Positions 61,709 through 64,000 of a stretch of DNA of 64,000 nt are shown here, one piece after another (the stretch's first letter is position 1; the number at the start of each line of letters is the position of its first letter). The notes beneath the pieces were generated by a model that did no database searches, was not told where the DNA came from, and saw nothing but the letters and a program-made list of their open reading frames with translations. The translations under genes and the position numbers were made by a program. The stretch comes from Candidatus Saccharimonadia bacterium (GTDB taxonomy: Bacteria > Patescibacteriota > Saccharimonadia > UBA4664 > SCTI01). The DNA lies in contig JBKJLI010000003.1 in assembly GCA_046597065.1 (NCBI GenBank), positions 2,807 to 66,806 on the forward strand. The letters run 5' to 3'.

Positions 61709-62431
61709 CTAATCGCCTCCGGTAGGCTCGCCACCACTTGGCGGATCGGTGCTAAGAGTCGGTTTATAAGTTACCTTGTAGTCAGATAATTTAAACCCGT
61801 GGTCAGTAATAAATTTATTCGCCTCATTTCGATACTGGGAGGTTGTTTGTGCGAATGCTGCCTGTTGTTCAGGTCGGTTCAAGATGGCGTAGGTCGTTAC
61901 ATTGATATTGAGTGAACTGTCAGGGTTAACTGTATAATCGATTTTAAAATGAGACTCTTCGTGTGGAAGGTACTGCACTAATGGTTGTTTCTTTTCCAAA
62001 GAATCGGTTTGTTTATTTACTCTGTCTTTTTCTTCTTTAGATAGGTCTGTATAGCCCTTGTACTTGATCTTGAATTTTAAAACAAAGCTACCTAATTCGT
62101 CTCCCTTAGTGCTTCTCGGTTTGACTATTGTTAGGCTATACTTTTCACCAATTTTCAAACTGGTTGAGGGTCTAAAAATCACATCCTTTCCGGAAAGGGA
62201 GAATTTCCCTTCGACATAAGGCGAAATCTTAATGCCCTTTAAGGTACTGGAATCCAGATCGCGGTTAAAACGGACCGATATATCTTGGGCATAATTGGCA
62301 TCACCATTTTGAGAAGGGTTACTCGACACGGCTCTAAAAACCAAAGCATCGAAAACCAGGTAACCAGCAATAATAAGAGCCAGTGCGGCAACCCCACCAA
62401 TTAAATACTTTCTCACTTCTGGTGCCCCCAT
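61709..62431 (-). CDS. Membrane-anchored Ig-like (Big_5-type) protein
   Basis: TM helix then ISVRFN..LD...ISP.V.G....F.P...L..G..Y. Confidence 0.7.
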   Translation of the reverse strand: MGAPEVRKYLIGGVAALALIIAGYLVFDALVFRAVSSNPSQNGDANYAQDISVRFNRDLDSSTLKGIKISPYVEGKFSLSGKDVIFRPSTSLKIGEKYSLTIVKPRSTKGDELGSFVLKFKIKYKGYTDLSKEEKDRVNKQTDSLEKKQPLVQYLPHEESHFKIDYTVNPDSSLNINVTTYAILNRPEQQAAFAQTTSQYRNEANKFITDHGFKLSDYKVTYKPTLSTDPPSGGEPTGGD

Positions 62432-63573
62432 CCCTTTATGGTATTGTCCGATCGGTAGTTGCTGTATTTTCTTCTGGCCACCCTGTTACTCGTGTTCCCC
62501 TCGATTGTTGTTACCTCGCCGCCAGACACACTCTCGACAATACCAATATGAGTGTCATTGCCGGACTCGTCACCACTATGGTTGAAGTCAATAATATCTC
62601 CCGGCCTTGGAGTTGGAGCGCCTGGTTTGTTTTGATAATACACTCCATTAGCCTGCATCCAGGCAACAACTCCTGCTACCGCCGGCAGCCTCCAGCCCCC
62701 ACTTTCGCCCCCAGTAAACGGCTTGCCGGCCTGCTTGTATACCCAGCTTAAGAAATCGGCACACCAAAATTCAGGATGGTTATCGGTGTATGTGTTAATG
62801 GGACCGCCACAGTTACATCCGTCCGGACTTTCTTGAACATTTTTGGCCAACTCTTGCCTGGCCACATCAACAATACTGCCACCCCCCGATCCGCTACAGA
62901 CCCCGCCATCAATTCCCACTAATGCCGCAAAAACCGTAACTGCCCCTAAGTTGCTATCCTTGCCATTAACTGGTTCGTAGGGGGGATTGTAGGGCCATGA
63001 CATGTCATTGTGGCTACTATCATATTGATTCATAGCATATGGTGATTTATCGGGATCTATGCCTCCTTGTTTGTAGAGGCCGCCTCTATTGTAGGCGACA
63101 AATATCTTCTTCAGCTCATCAACTGAGTTGCTTTTACCGACTTTTACACCATAGACGTTTTGGGCATTATCCTTCATTAACTTTGCTGCGTAAGTCGCCC
63201 CTTCTTTGACGGTATGTATTACTAATCCAGGGTGGTCTGGATTTGGACTGCCAAGAGGCTCTCCGGCCAATGGCGAGGTATTTGGGTCGTTATGGTTTTC
63301 GCGGTAATGAACCGCTGCAATAAACTGCCATGGTACTCCCTCGGCTTCGGCGGCCTGGTAATCACTTTGCAATTTATTTATGGCATCAACCGTGGATTTG
63401 GGAAGATTGACACTAGTAGGAACCGATCCACTGCAGGTGCCTCCTTCGGTTGAGTAAAATTCGGATCCGTGGCTTACTGATCTAACATCTTCTTTTGAAA
63501 CCGTGGTTGCAAAGGTGATGTTCGGGAATCCAATAGCCATAAATAGCATGAAAAATAGAATGGTTTTTTTCAT
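62413..63573 (-). CDS. Secreted cell-wall hydrolase: lytic-transglycosylase-like plus CHAP domain
   Basis: GVPWQFIAAVHYRE..AYN and WCADFLSWVY..AG, PRPGD, HIGIV, TIEGN; start reset to ATG 63573. Confidence 0.85.
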   Translation of the reverse strand: MKKTILFFMLFMAIGFPNITFATTVSKEDVRSVSHGSEFYSTEGGTCSGSVPTSVNLPKSTVDAINKLQSDYQAAEAEGVPWQFIAAVHYRENHNDPNTSPLAGEPLGSPNPDHPGLVIHTVKEGATYAAKLMKDNAQNVYGVKVGKSNSVDELKKIFVAYNRGGLYKQGGIDPDKSPYAMNQYDSSHNDMSWPYNPPYEPVNGKDSNLGAVTVFAALVGIDGGVCSGSGGGSIVDVARQELAKNVQESPDGCNCGGPINTYTDNHPEFWCADFLSWVYKQAGKPFTGGESGGWRLPAVAGVVAWMQANGVYYQNKPGAPTPRPGDIIDFNHSGDESGNDTHIGIVESVSGGEVTTIEGNTSNRVARRKYSNYRSDNTIKGWGHQK

Positions 63574-64000
63574 CACTGGGCGTACCCCGTTGATCCAGGG
63601 CCGCACTTACCAGCGCTTGTATCTAGTGAGCGACCATCGCTTGGTAGGTAATCCAGGGGGTTCAGTGTTCCGGGGTTAGCCGCATTCCCAAGAGCACCGG
63701 CTTGGTCTTGGATATTGAAGTGTAGGTGAGGGCCCTTTGAGCCACCAGTGTTTCCGGTTTTGCCAATCACATCGCCTTGCTTTACCTTTTGACCTACCGA
63801 AACACCAATTTCATTTAAATGGCCATACAGGGTCCATCTGCCATTACCATGATTTATAACTACCATATTTCCATAACCAGACGGATCTTGGGTGCCGTTA
63901 GCAATTTCAACTGTCCCATCGGCTGATGCATGAGCGGGTGTGCCAATAGGTGCGGTAATATCTATACCTGCGTGCAAGTGATTGCCTCGGTCATTTTTCC
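63573..64000 (-). CDS. M23 peptidase (partial; start lies beyond the right edge)
   Basis: H.GID, GYGN.V.I.H, LYGHL, V..G..V..G..IG..GNTG.S.GPHLHF. Confidence 0.9.
   Translation of the reverse strand, partial: KNDRGNHLHAGIDITAPIGTPAHASADGTVEIANGTQDPSGYGNMVVINHGNGRWTLYGHLNEIGVSVGQKVKQGDVIGKTGNTGGSKGPHLHFNIQDQAGALGNAANPGTLNPLDYLPSDGRSLDTSAGKCGPGSTGYAQ

Overview
Gene-dense bacterial chromosome segment that includes the replication origin (jag-yidC-rnpA-rpmH / dnaA-oriC-dnaN-recF-dciA). Gene content, short spacers, many apparently leaderless genes, a direct-repeat LexA operator and TGA used as a stop suggest Patescibacteria/CPR, most like Saccharibacteria (inference, no search run). The window also holds a divergent F1-ATPase operon, a ferric-reductase/cytochrome b5/Dsb cluster, phosphoketolase-acetate kinase, cfa, lexA, a roughly 20 kb surface-glycan locus and cell-wall hydrolases at the right edge. 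Two candidates for undescribed systems stand out. (1) 25202-28449: five single-gene cassettes (477-913 bp) are stacked behind tRNA-Asn. Each junction carries a copy of the tRNA 3' end inside a ~47 bp att-like site, plus a promoter and usually a terminator. This looks like an integron-like array built on serine-recombinase-type sites, and no recombinase is present in the window. (2) 414-6282: an F1-type ATPase operon with no subunit a, whose c-like subunit lacks the ion-binding carboxylate and is fused to an exported domain. It may be a rotary ATPase that does not translocate ions.
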